Of a stretch of 64,000 bases of DNA, positions 12,801 through 22,900 are shown piece by piece. Source of the stretch: Aplysia californica (lineage: Eukaryota); the NCBI RefSeq assembly GCF_000002075.1, contig NW_004797285.1:795417-859416 (forward strand), read 5' to 3'. The position numbers and the translations under genes are program-made. The notes beneath the pieces were generated by a model. It made no database searches. It saw only the letters and a program-made list of their open reading frames with translations, and had not been told where the DNA came from. The number at the start of each line of letters is the position of its first letter. Position 1 is the first letter of the stretch.

Positions 12801-14305
12801 TGCCTTGTATTTTGTTTTTGTTGGGTTTTTTGTTTGTTTGTTTGTTTGTTTGTTTGTTTGTTTTCAGGTAGGTTTTTTTGCCCCTACCGACACAATTTAG
12901 ACCTGTCAAGACTAACGCGGATGAAGATGAAAACGACGTCCCAGAAGAAAAGACCGAGATACTCGAAAAATACTTCCTACACGGGAGTTGAACTCAGGTC
13001 TTCTGCATCCGACAGCAAAGTGTCTCGCTGCTACACCATAGACGCCGGTCTTGTAGTGTTTGTTTGGTTTGTTGGGTTTTTTGTTGTTGTTGGTTTGTTT
13101 GTTTGTATCATTTAAGGTTGTTGTTTTTACATGTATCATGTGGAGGAGGGGGGGGGGTCTCAATTTTCGAGAAACACACACTTGTATCTTTAGCAACAAA
13201 TCGCTTTACATTGTTGTCCTACTTCAGAAGACAACCTGCTTTTTTCTTTCTCTAAGGAGTTATGGCTTTTTTTCATAGCTTTAGCCACCCCCCCCCCCAC
13301 CTCCTCCCCCCCCCCCACCCACACAAACAAACAAAGAAACAAAGGCATTTACTTTAGAGTTATAAAATAACCTATTCAAAGTATTCAATTAAAAGCTTTT
13401 ATTTTTCTAATTTTCGTTTGTTTACTTTTGCCATTCAGGGTGCGACTATTTTGCCTGAAAATGGAGTTCTCTTGTCCGCGAGAAGGCGTGACTCGGCAAT
13501 GTCTGACGCGGGCGTGAGGCGAGGTTCTATGCTCAGTGGCCTGGAACTGATCGACTGGATGAACAAGAGAAGAGAATCTGTCAAAGAGGAGGAACAGGGC
13601 GAAGCAGACGATGTCGATTCTGATTTGGAGCACTGGACAAAGGGAGGAAGAGCTCAAAGGCGAAAGTCCTCTTTGAGTTCTGTGTCCGAGGTCTTGGGTC
13701 AAACGACAGGACTCGAGCAGAGCAAGAGATATTCAATGTCCAGGCGGGGTTCTGCCTTGAACTCTGAGGAGGATGAGATGGATACAAGTAATCTGAGGAG
13801 AAGTTCACTTAGTTTGTGCATGAGTTTGCTTCAGGCAGACTCTCTCAGCAAGGCCGCCAACATTCTTAGACGTGTGTCAGTCAGTGGTGACGTCACTCCA
13901 CCTATTGAGGAGGACTGCACAGAAACTGACGTCATTGTCAACAACATGTCAGGCAAAGCGTCAGACAGTAACCGCAAGTACATGAAACAGACCACCTTTA
14001 ATTCAAGTTTGCCAAGTTGCCCTGTGCCGGTGAACGAAGACGAGTGGGAGGACAAATCCTGCTATATGCCGGAGGAAATTCTTGGCTCTCACCCCGGCCT
14101 CAAGTCTTCACTTTGTCGGAGGCGAGGATCAGCTCTGCCACAACTTGAGTCCATGAGGGAGGCCAGCGACATTGATGAATTCTTCCATCGTTACAGCGAA
14201 AGTCTTATCACAGAGATGACAAACCTGGACGATGATCAAATGCTGTCCTTTAAAAAGGGCGGGAAAAGGCACGCTCGTCTGTACCAGAGACGAGGATCTG
14301 GGTAG
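960..14305 (+). CDS. Cytochrome P450, clan 3 (CYP3A/CYP5-like), partial spliced model with a ~270-aa C-terminal extension
   Basis: GT-AG exons 960-1056, 1835-1887, 2845-2941, 4538-4663, 5555-5649, 6626-6777, 7951-8081, 8438-8557, [missing I/J/K-helix exons], 11034-11177, 12534-12720, 13439-14305. They are phase-consistent except across the missing segment. Motifs: GVPGPEP proline hinge, WKRLR C-helix, FNPLRF (PERF), FGGGPRSCAG heme ligand. Exon 1 (membrane anchor) was not identified. Confidence 0.93.
1196..1247. repeat. (CAT)n microsatellite abutting a gap
   Basis: Directly visible. Confidence 0.95.
1835..1887 (+). CDS. CYP exon (PLFKKYQEWREMYGETFG), 53 nt
   Basis: ttgcag / gtatgt; W-x3-YG motif. 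Confidence 0.9.
1916..2373 (+). mobile_element. MITE family M1 copy
   Basis: TIR TGTG..CGTGGTG(A/G)AATCAGGCGCTCGTCAA; homologous to copies at 11998, 27835, 42470, 42845 and 55530. Confidence 0.75.
2845..2941 (+). CDS. CYP exon (YFEGPTPVIVTSDVNFLQEVFIKQFNKFHARK)
   Basis: atacag / gtaaca; typical clan-3 beta1/B-helix sequence. Confidence 0.92.
2986..3284. mobile_element. Small MITE-like element with ~30-bp inverted ends
   Basis: CAAAGATCGTACATAACAAGATTGTT vs reverse complement CAAAGATCGTGTATGACAAAATAGTT. Confidence 0.5.
4538..4663 (+). CDS. CYP exon with WxxxR motif
   Basis: LWPVQVD...GRRWKRLRNVVNPAFSAAKIKR; tcgaag / gtagcc. Confidence 0.9.
4735..4830. repeat. (TG)n microsatellite
   Basis: Directly visible. 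Confidence 0.9.
5555..5649 (+). CDS. CYP exon (MSPTVNDSINHLLDVIKE...)
   Basis: ttgcag / gtaagt; phase fits both neighbours. Confidence 0.88.
6456..6610. repeat. (CAT/CAC)n and poly-C tracts
   Basis: Directly visible. Confidence 0.9.
6626..6777 (+). CDS. CYP exon (LFRRLTLDTILRCEAGIDQNS...)
   Basis: ctccag / gtaagt; E-helix pattern. Confidence 0.92.
6830..7015. repeat. (ATA/ATG)n microsatellite
   Basis: Directly visible. Confidence 0.9.
7951..8081 (+). CDS. CYP exon (MFPNLHCIWIR...MRRNDNG)
   Basis: ttacag / gtaaat; phase consistent. Confidence 0.88.
8438..8557 (+). CDS. CYP exon (NKRIDLMQQMLDAQ...SMTNE)
   Basis: tcctag / gtaagg; H-helix D-L-M-Q-x-M-L-D-A. Confidence 0.9.
8768..8952 (+). 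mobile_element. SINE-like family R1 copy (with R2-type tail)
   Basis: ~180-bp body shared with 16298, 17385, 18250, 18482, 26394, 40383 and 59458; ends in a hairpin plus (ACTAAA)n. Confidence 0.75.
9777..9854. repeat. (ATCT)n microsatellite abutting a gap
   Basis: Directly visible. Confidence 0.95.
11034..11177 (+). CDS. CYP exon (VTARQCMEE...HWGEDPQSFNPLR)
   Basis: tggcag / gtccgt; beta1-4 to PERF region. Confidence 0.92.
11998..12460 (-). mobile_element. MITE family M1 copy
   Basis: Both TIRs and internal homology. Confidence 0.75.
12534..12720 (+). CDS. CYP heme-binding exon (FGGGPRSCAG)
   Basis: tgttag / gtagtt; FxxGxRxCxG signature. Confidence 0.95.
12800..13046 (-). mobile_element. 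tRNA-derived SINE with a (CAAA)n tail, antisense in the last CYP intron
   Basis: Minus-strand head GGCGTCTATGGTGTAGCAG (A box-like) ... GAGTTCAACTCCC (B box-like); (TTTG)n on +. Confidence 0.55.
13439..14305 (+). CDS. CYP terminal exon: P450 C-terminal strand followed by an RRxS-rich extension
   Basis: Polypyrimidine tract and attcag acceptor, phase 0. Begins GATILPENGVLLSARR, which resembles a clan-3 C-terminus. 288 codons open to TAG. Confidence 0.85.
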   Translation, partial: GATILPENGVLLSARRRDSAMSDAGVRRGSMLSGLELIDWMNKRRESVKEEEQGEADDVDSDLEHWTKGGRAQRRKSSLSSVSEVLGQTTGLEQSKRYSMSRRGSALNSEEDEMDTSNLRRSSLSLCMSLLQADSLSKAANILRRVSVSGDVTPPIEEDCTETDVIVNNMSGKASDSNRKYMKQTTFNSSLPSCPVPVNEDEWEDKSCYMPEEILGSHPGLKSSLCRRRGSALPQLESMREASDIDEFFHRYSESLITEMTNLDDDQMLSFKKGGKRHARLYQRRGSG

Positions 14306-15669
14306 GCTAGAGAAGTGGTTCACAGCTTGTGACCCAAGTCGATACTTTTGGTAGTCCACAGAAGGTTCTCTTTATCTGAATGCTATCCAAAATTGGTAGA
14401 CAACTTCTGAATAATGTAGTTTGAAAGAAGAAGCCAAACTAAAATATTATGTTATTTTACTTGTACATTTTTTAAAAATCTTAAGAAAGAATGTTCTTGT
14501 CATGTTCCATAGTTTCAGCAAGCTCCACGCTATTAGTTTGAAACTTCTGTTTCAAACGAAGTTGGATTTATATGTTATTGTGGCCCTGTAAATTTTATGA
14601 TGAAACATCAATTACAAAACAGGAGATGTCAAACAATACATTCTGATTTGTAGAAAAACAGGCGTATAACAACGAAATGATCTGCTCCGACTACTTACTA
14701 AAATGATGACAAACAATGCCAAATTTGGCTGACAAAGAAATATATCCTATGAAAAGTTACACACGTTTTGCACCTTTTGGAGCACACTTATAAAAGCGAG
14801 GGAAAACGTACTAGATTTCTATAAACATTCTCATTAACTCAGAGTCTGATTCAGAAGTGTGAACGCTCTTTTTTTTACTAAAAAAAAGGAGTATGAGGTA
14901 AAGGTCATGATGGAAGTAAAGACAACAAACACGTTTGTCTGTTCAGCATGACATGTTNNNNNNNNNNNNNNNNNNNNNNNNNNNNNNNNNNNNNNNNNNN
15001 NNNNNNNNNNNNNNNNNNNNNNNNNNNNNNNNNNNNNNNNNNNNNNNNNNNNNNNNNNNNNNNNNNNNNNNNNNNNNNNNNNNNNNNNTCAATTGTCTCT
15101 CGGTTTTGTTCGTCGTAAAGATTTCAGCAAGATTCCTGAAACCTATGCTATTTATCTTGTGACCAATGCAACTCGCAGAATTTTCATTGACGTATTTGAA
15201 AACAAATATTTATTTGTCTGCAGTTTTTTCACGGTTATCTCTATTTCTTAGGCACATTATGAAGTGAACAACATCAAAAGGTTTTTGTTTATTTTTTAAG
15301 AAATCTTTGGTATTTAGATCCAGTTAGTAGGGCCTTTAAATTATGTCAGCGAAAAATGGTACATTTAGTTTATTCCTCCCTCAATTTCCCCCCCCTCCCC
15401 CTCCTTTTTGCTTAGACATTTTGCGTTAATTTATTTTGATAACCTGCCAACTTTTTCTGTAATTAGTTTCAATTACATGTATTTCTTTTGTTAGTTTTTA
15501 GAGAAAGAATGTTCATATATATTCAAACTGGTTGAAAAACTGTCTATCAGGAAGTGTTAACAAAATGCTGACGTTTAATTGAGGTTTCGGTCCCTGAAGT
15601 GGACCAGTAAAGATTATTTTTCCTAGTTGTTCATTTCTACGTTTACTAAGGACATGTTTATGTTTTCTA

Positions 15670-15734
15670 AATAAACAGAAATAATATACGGTCTGTGCTT
15701 GCTTTCCACCCCTACCCTAAAAATCTGCAATAAA
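15670..15734 (+). terminator. Candidate poly(A) signals of the CYP gene
   Basis: AATAAA at 15670-15675 and 15729-15734, after ~1.4 kb of T-rich UTR-like sequence. Confidence 0.4.
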
Positions 15735-16297
15735 GTCAATTAACACTTTCTTAGGAGAATTGCTTCGGTTGTCATTTCAGCTTCTACAAGTTTGATAAAA
15801 TGTTTAATGATTTGGGATTGAAGTGGTCACGCAACAAAGCATGAGTTATCAAATACACAATTCTGGACAAGATTCACCCCTCCCCCTCCTTCCCCAATCC
15901 GTTTCCCCTTTTTGCGGTATGACCTGCCATTTTCAAAGTAAGGCATTTAAAAATTTGCTGCAGTCGGGTTTCTCTCTTCCCAACCATCACACTCTACGCA
16001 AGCCGTGTGTGTTTACAAGAGTCAGATAAGGGGTACGCCAAGTAACTCCAGCCGCACACAATACTCAAGACCGCTGTACAGGCGGCCATACTTCTTGTCC
16101 GCAAGAAGTCACAACATGTTAACAACATGTATTGAATTTAGGTTATTTGAATTTGCCTCCTTGACTCTCCTCCAACTTGGCCTTATTCTATCAAAAAAGG
16201 ACATAAACTGTTGTTTTGTTTGTTTGTTTGTTTGTTTGGGGGGGGGAGGGGTTGTTTATTTTTAGTTGCCGTTAGTTGTTTTGTTTTTTGTTGGTTT

Positions 16298-16470
16298 TAT
16301 TAAGAGTTTTACGGCACATGCAACACAATCAGGTCACATAAAGTGCCTTCGATAAGAGCTGTTACCGGATAGTAACATACACATAGTATGAAGAGAGATA
16401 ATATATAGAAAATAGATGTTTGATAGGAAAGAAAGAAAGAACAACATCATAGCTTCCGTCAACCACCCAC
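16298..16470 (-). mobile_element. R1 copy, degenerate
   Basis: Tail and AGATGTTTGATAGGAAAG core. Confidence 0.6.
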
Positions 16471-16649
16471 AAAGGACATTACATCAAAAGTCCAGTCTCT
16501 TATACAACGGTAGCGTCTTCAAAATAACTAAATAATTATAACCCATACCACACCAACAGTGATGTACTGTTGTTGTTTTTTTCATGTGAATTATTTCACC
16601 GTACATAGGTTTTTTGTTTTTTTGTAATTTTGTAATTTTTAAATAATAG

Positions 16650-16892
16650 TGGAGGGTTTTACGGCGCTCGCAACTGCATAAGGTCATATGAGCGCCAAGG
16701 GGTGGGTGTCAACAGAGAAGTCTTTACAGACTTACTCTGCTCACCTCTCTAGCTTCAACAGCACAAGGTCTGCTTCGACTATCAAGGCACCACAGAAATA
16801 GCAGGTCACAAGAGTGTGACAAACATACAAAAGAAGTAGAGGAAAATGACAATAGTAAGGATTAAGAAAGAGAAAGCTGTAGTTCCCTGTTA
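16650..16892 (-). mobile_element. SINE/LINE-tail family R2 copy
   Basis: Homologous to 26485-26878. Confidence 0.7.
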
Positions 16893-17384
16893 CACATCAG
16901 GCACAGTTATGAGCGTGACATGAATCAGACCCTAGGCGATCATAAATCAAGACTGTTGGTCAATCTTAATTAATTAATTAATTAGTCACCACCTCTGTTC
17001 CTCAACACACACAATGATGTAGAAAATATTCACATAATCCAGATGACTTGAAAAGCAAACTGCATTAGGCAGAAATAATCCAGTGTCAAAGCATGAGAAA
17101 ACAACAAATCAAACTGACCGCCGCACCCTGCGTAGGCTTATCACTACTAATGATCTACAAGGTTGTGGGCTTACTACACGGGTGTGTCAGCCCACAAGGA
17201 ATCTAGGTCAGTAGCGCGCAGGTGGCCTGATTATATGACCGTCTAGATCAGACCATTTACAATTCTACTGTGCTTGAACGAGAAATGTCCCCCACTTTGG
17301 GAATGGCCCAAACACACCTTAGTCAGTGGCACTGCCCCGGGGGGATTACATAGGTTTATTTTAATAACAGGTGTACGTTTCTTG

Positions 17385-17540
17385 CAGGTCACATACATGT
17401 ATCAGTAAGTGTCGATGACTGGAGGTGTTACTAGGGAGTAACATACAAAGAAAAGGAGGAGTGATAATGACGATAAACGTTTGATAGGTAAGGAGGTAAG
17501 GATCAAACCACACCAGAGCACCCGCCAACTATCCACATAC
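17385..17540 (-). mobile_element. R1 copy, partial
   Basis: AAACCACACCAGAGCACCCGCCAAC core. Confidence 0.6.
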
Positions 17541-18249
17541 AAAAGTTTAGCCAGACCCAGGGAAACAATATCCAAAGTCACGTTAGAAGTTTTACAATGT
17601 GATATCACTGGTGCGTCGCTCACGCAGATTCAAATTCAGTTTTGTCATACCCTCGCCTCATTATCACTATCCGAGAGCTTTTTTTTTGATTGCATAAAGA
17701 CAAGCACATCTACCAAATACATGCAACAGTTAAACAGAGAATTGACCAAGCAAGCAAGATAGACTGACAGAACAGGGGGAAAAGTGTGGGGAGGGGGGTG
17801 AGAGAACTCACTGGTGGCGCTCTCCAACAACCCGTTACCACAAAGCGCCAGTGCTATGAGAATTCTTACTTTACTTGGTTGGAGAATAGGCATCATTTCA
17901 AGCGGCAGACACAATGCCATAGCTGCTCCTCCCTCCTCCCTAGGATCCATGAAAGGGTCTGCCTGCTGATCGTGCAAGTTCACAGCTGGTTGGATATTCT
18001 TCTGGCTTTTCCACGCAGGTTGCTGTCTCTCGCCGACCCTCTAGAAACACCAGCTTCCCTTAGTCTATCTATTGTGTGTGAAGTGGTACCTTCATCCTCT
18101 CAATATGAGAATTCTACACCCCTGGAAACACAATATAGAATGTTTTGGTGCGAGAGCCACCAACTGTATTCATTGATTGCAAATGTTTTCCCTCCGCATC
18201 GACAAAATTTAGGTCGGTTACTGGGAGGAATGCTTCGATTCTGTCTCGT

Positions 18250-18657
18250 TTTAGTAAGTGTTTTACGGCACTTGCAACACAATAAGGTCATATAAGTGCC
18301 GAAGATTAGAGGTGTTACAAGTGAGTAACAAACACAAAAAAGGAGGGAAGATAAAGACGATAGATGTTTTATAGAAAAGAAGAAGAAAACCACACCAGAG
18401 CACCCGCCAACCACAAACCCGATTCTGTCTGAAAGGTCAACCTCTGTGGGCTGATCAAGAGGGAGATACTTTTTAAAAAATTTAGTAAGAGTTTTACGGC
18501 ACTTGCAACACAATTATAAGCTCATATAAGTGCCGACGAATAGATGTGTCTTACAAGAGAGTAACAAACACAAAAGAGAAGGAGGGGAGATAAAGACAAT
18601 AGATGTTCGGTAGGAGCAAAGAAGGAGCAAACCACACCAGAGCACCCGCCAACAACC
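18250..18657 (-). mobile_element. Two tandem R1 copies (18250-18418, 18482-18657)
   Basis: Direct repeats of ~170 bp. Confidence 0.8.
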
Positions 18658-18789
18658 CAAAGGGAGATCTAAATACTTGATAAAAACGACTTTTCTTGGA
18701 CACGAAATATTTACCGTAAGTCATATCCAAAATAAAAGCTCCATTTAACCGCCTTAAGCAAACGAACAAAACTAAGGGGTTTTTTGGGG

Positions 18790-19245
18790 TAAGTGTTTTA
18801 CGGTGCTCGTGATTGCATAAGGTCATATGAGCGGGCAGGAAACATTAAAACTTTTTCAGTTGTTAGGAAATTTTGAATTTTGCCCGAGTGGCGGCCGAAG
18901 CATACTCTTATCGATTTTAGTGCACCAAGGAATCTTTAACGTGCGCAACTTGCACACGGGCCGTCCGAGATTTTTCGCCCTTGTCCCGGAAGGCTAGGTG
19001 TAGATCTTCCCTACCAGAAGATCAGGGGTGTGGCTGAAAGACAGCAGTAAGAAGAAAATAAGGAGTAGCAGTAGAAAGGCTGCAGAAAGAATCATAAGCC
19101 CAGAGGAGGGGGCAAAGGAGGTGAGGGGTGGGGGGGGGGAGCAGAAAGAGGAGACGAAAACAGACGACAGAACATTGCTAGAGAGCAGGAAAGGAGGAGA
19201 AAGGAAAAAAATATAGAGAAGAAAATTTTTCGGGCGCTACCCGGA
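18790..19245 (-). mobile_element. tRNA-derived SINE family R3 (Nin-like core), head truncated
   Basis: Homologous to 28448-28956; the GGAATCTTTAACGTGC...CACACGGG...GAAGG core resembles the Nin domain as recalled. Confidence 0.7.
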
Positions 19246-19465
19246 TATTATACACATATATATATAATATATATATATATAATAGATAGACAGATACGGT
19301 ATAGACATAGAACCCCAAAACTACCCCCCCCCCCCCAGGACAAAAACACGTCCCCCGACCAAAAACAACAACAAAAACAAACAAATAAAACAACAAAAGA
19401 CTCATTTTTCACCTGATAATTCAATTGATCCCAAACAAATCATGCTTATTTCAAGTAAGAAAATA

Positions 19466-19471
19466 TTTATT
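19466..19471 (-). terminator. Candidate distal poly(A) signal of the TBC1D14-like gene
   Basis: TTTATT on + at the edge of the A/C-skewed, UTR-like region; another candidate at 24860-24865. Confidence 0.4.
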
Positions 19472-19913
19472 GACTCTGAAGTGTTATAGACACAACAGTT
19501 TCATTTCACAAGTACATAGTCATCAATGATTCAACAACTGTTTCATATTTTTAACGATATACAATACATAAAAACAGGCGTCGACTAAGAGAAGCAGCAG
19601 AAAGTCTGAGTACGGGCGATTAGCACGATGTTGTAAATTTTTACAAAAATGTAGCTTTCAAAATGTCTGCATTGAAATACAAAGCTCGACCCCAAAAAAC
19701 AATTACCTAAGCCAGGAAGAAAAGACAACAGTGTGTATTTAAGAGGAGGGGAAGATCATAAGAAAGCACGGTAGGGGAAAAGGGCGGGAGTGAAGGAGAG
19801 AGTGGAAGAAAGTGGGGGGGAGGATGTAAGCGTGGGTGCATTGGTATATAATGGTGGCACGCGCGAGCGCGAGCATGTGGCAGTTTGAGAGCGTGTGTGT
19901 GCCGACAAGAAAG

Positions 19914-19916
<3 letters not shown>

Positions 19917-19994
<78 letters not shown>
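19917..19994. repeat. (TG)n(AG)n compound microsatellite
   Basis: Directly visible. Confidence 0.95.
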
Positions 19995-19998
<4 letters not shown>

Positions 19999-22900
19999 CA
20001 AGGACGTTTTCTACAACAAAGAACATATGTGAGAGCACACAAGAAAGCAGGCACGCTGTCAGCAACAGCAGCCGAATGTCTGAAACGGCATTTTTACTTT
20101 CCCCACTCGATAGGAGGACATGGCACCCTCTTTTAGATCCCCCGCCCCACCCCAAACACCAGGAGAACAAGTGCTCTACAGGCATACTGTATTTTGCACA
20201 ATGCCATACTTCTAAGACAAAGGTAGGCCTATTGTGAAGACCGTGCACAGTGAGCCACAGTCTGAAACTGGGTATGAAGGACACAGCACAGACAAACACA
20301 CTTATTATTCTATTGCTTTGTGATCTTTGTGGGAGCAACAGCTCCTTTCCCGGACCACCAATAAAGTTCTTACTTTTAGAGATAGAAACAACACCTATAT
20401 AATATAATATAGATTGTCCTGTTTGTCTGCAAAAAGCAAGATGACATACAGAAACTACAGAGTGACAAGCAAGACATTCATCAGAGTCCTGTTCTTAAGT
20501 TGCCCTTAACTACTAACTACAAGCCAAAAAAGATGAAATGCTGCTCCATATATTGAAAGGCCAAGTGATTCATAAATGCAGTTAGCACATTTATAACTTC
20601 ATCCAGGAACATAGACATCCAGGCATGGGGATATTGCTGTTAGGTGGACTAATGATTCACAGACAATCCCTCATGAGTCACCCAATCATGCACCTTATTG
20701 GACAGAGTCAAATATTGCTAGCTCTTTATCTGAAAGAGAAACAGTAAATGTGCATAAGACTTACGGAGAAATGGCACCATACTGCAGTCACCTTGAGCAA
20801 TCTTTTATTTTTCATAGAATTCACAAAATGTTTCATGACCTAGAGATATTAATATTTTTTAGTAAAAATATCAAAATCTCAAGGAAAGATTGAGGAGTGA
20901 AAAGGTCAGAGTTGTAGAAGGAACCTTTTAAACTAAATCCCAAAATACTGGATATACATAGTACATCCTTCTCATGAGTTCAAAACTCAGCACAGTAAGA
21001 AAGTCCATAAATTGACTACTGGCAGAAATTTGCAATTCAGGAAGATATATTTATTTATACTACGCTTTTAAAAGACGTATAACTACAATGCAGAAACCAC
21101 AGAATGAAGCTCTCTCAGAATACAGTGAATATTTTCTCACAACTCTAAAATAATGGCTTAAGTTATGACCACCCTTCCTAATAAGCACCCCCTTGTGTGT
21201 TTGGCCAAACAGAAGAGCTATTAGATAATATGATAAATCCTATGCATTTGGTTATTCAATCTTAGATACAATCTTGGAAACTACTCACAAGTAACCATCA
21301 AATAAGCAAATATTAAAATTCCACTTTCCGCACATTTAAAAAAACATTTGATACAGTAGTATGCTCCTCAATTTCTTAGACCTGCATGGAAATGCAGGTA
21401 GAAGAGGAAAATGCAGACACAAAAACCAATAAAGCTGAGATGTTTTGCAATATCACATGACAGGCAGGCGCCTCCAGAATATTCTCTGTATACAGTATGA
21501 GATTTCATGAAGAGATACATAAGTAGGAAGAGTAGGAATTGACACGAAAATGGCAGCCATTACTCACAACAAAATTGCATTGCTGGTGGCATTCAAAGAC
21601 AAAAAATATCATTGATGTAGGTAACAGGCGCCAAGATTACGATTTCAGCATTTCAATCTCCAAGTTGAAGGGACATAAGCATGGAATTAAACATACATAC
21701 AAAATAGGCAGGGAGATCTCTAGAAAAAAGAATCTCAGAACTTCCTCCATGAAAATTAAAAACAACAAACCCATTTCCAATCACTGCGGTCATGCTGAAG
21801 CTTCAGTGAGGCAACAATTGACATAAAAAAATGGAACATTACCATCTTGTTCTCAAAGGGCTGAGTAAACAGCCCAGCTGCACTGTACTCAAAATGTTGA
21901 ACCTATGTCAATCTTACTTTTCAGCCTTATTTAATTAAGCAAAAACAATCCCCTTTTGATCAAGAATTACTTTTTACAAAACAAAAGATTTGATGTGAGG
22001 TAGAGGAATTTTTCACTATAGGGAGTAAAGTGCGCAGACTCTCAATTCACTTTTGAGGAGCTTCTGTTTTTCTATTCTGTTTGATACATTTGAGACTTTA
22101 TAACAGACCACAGAGTAAATATTTACTTTGCAGTCACTTGGCGAAATAATGTGCAGGTGAAAAGTATCCATTCCAGTCACATGGGGTATTTTGTACTGCA
22201 GGCTGCGTGACTGCAAAGTGTTAAAAAAGTCAAGCAGGAAGAAAAAAAAATCTAGAAAAATAACATATCTCCGTACTTTTTTTGCTCCTGCCACCTGCTC
22301 TTCACTACAATTCAAACAGTGCCAGACAAAGAGGGATGCCAATCAATGAGATGCACAAACTGTTTGGGTCCCAAGCAATAAGCATTTTATAACTACAACA
22401 TCATTGAAGGGACAAAAGAAAAAGTGTTTTCATGTACTAAAAATTTTCAAACCATATCATATTAACAACAGCCACTTGCAGAGCAGTTCAGGAAAATGCC
22501 TTCAGGTCATATAAAATAAATTGTACCTATTGATTAAAATTTTTCATCAAACCATAACTTTCCAAAATTACAAAGACTGCATGTTATAAATGAGATCGAA
22601 AGAAATATCTATGGCGTGTACCCAGAGATATATTGAAGCTGATAAAGTTAATGGTTCCACCAAAAAATACTGACTGGGGGAGTGCAACATCATGCTGCAG
22701 ATAGAACTGCTTTTTAGGTAATCTCAGGACCAGCTACTCCAAGTATAACTTCCTCTCACACCTCCTGGAATTACCACAAAACTGAAACAGCAAAGAATAT
22801 TTTGTAAGTCTTCAGAGTCTTTTCTACTTATGGAATTCAGTACTTATCAAGAGCTCAACATGTCAACAAAACTAATTAGAAAAATATCAAAAGTAAAAAA

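Noticed and set aside
12975-13046. tRNA gene
   Set aside because: Only degenerate A/B boxes and no full cloverleaf; better explained as a SINE head.
13418-14305. 295-aa ORF as an independent single-exon gene
   Set aside because: The listed start is a TTG inside the polypyrimidine tract, and its first residues complete the P450 fold.
17786-18295. 169-aa ORF and overlapping ORFs
   Set aside because: No recognisable domain or splice structure; they run into SINE sequence.
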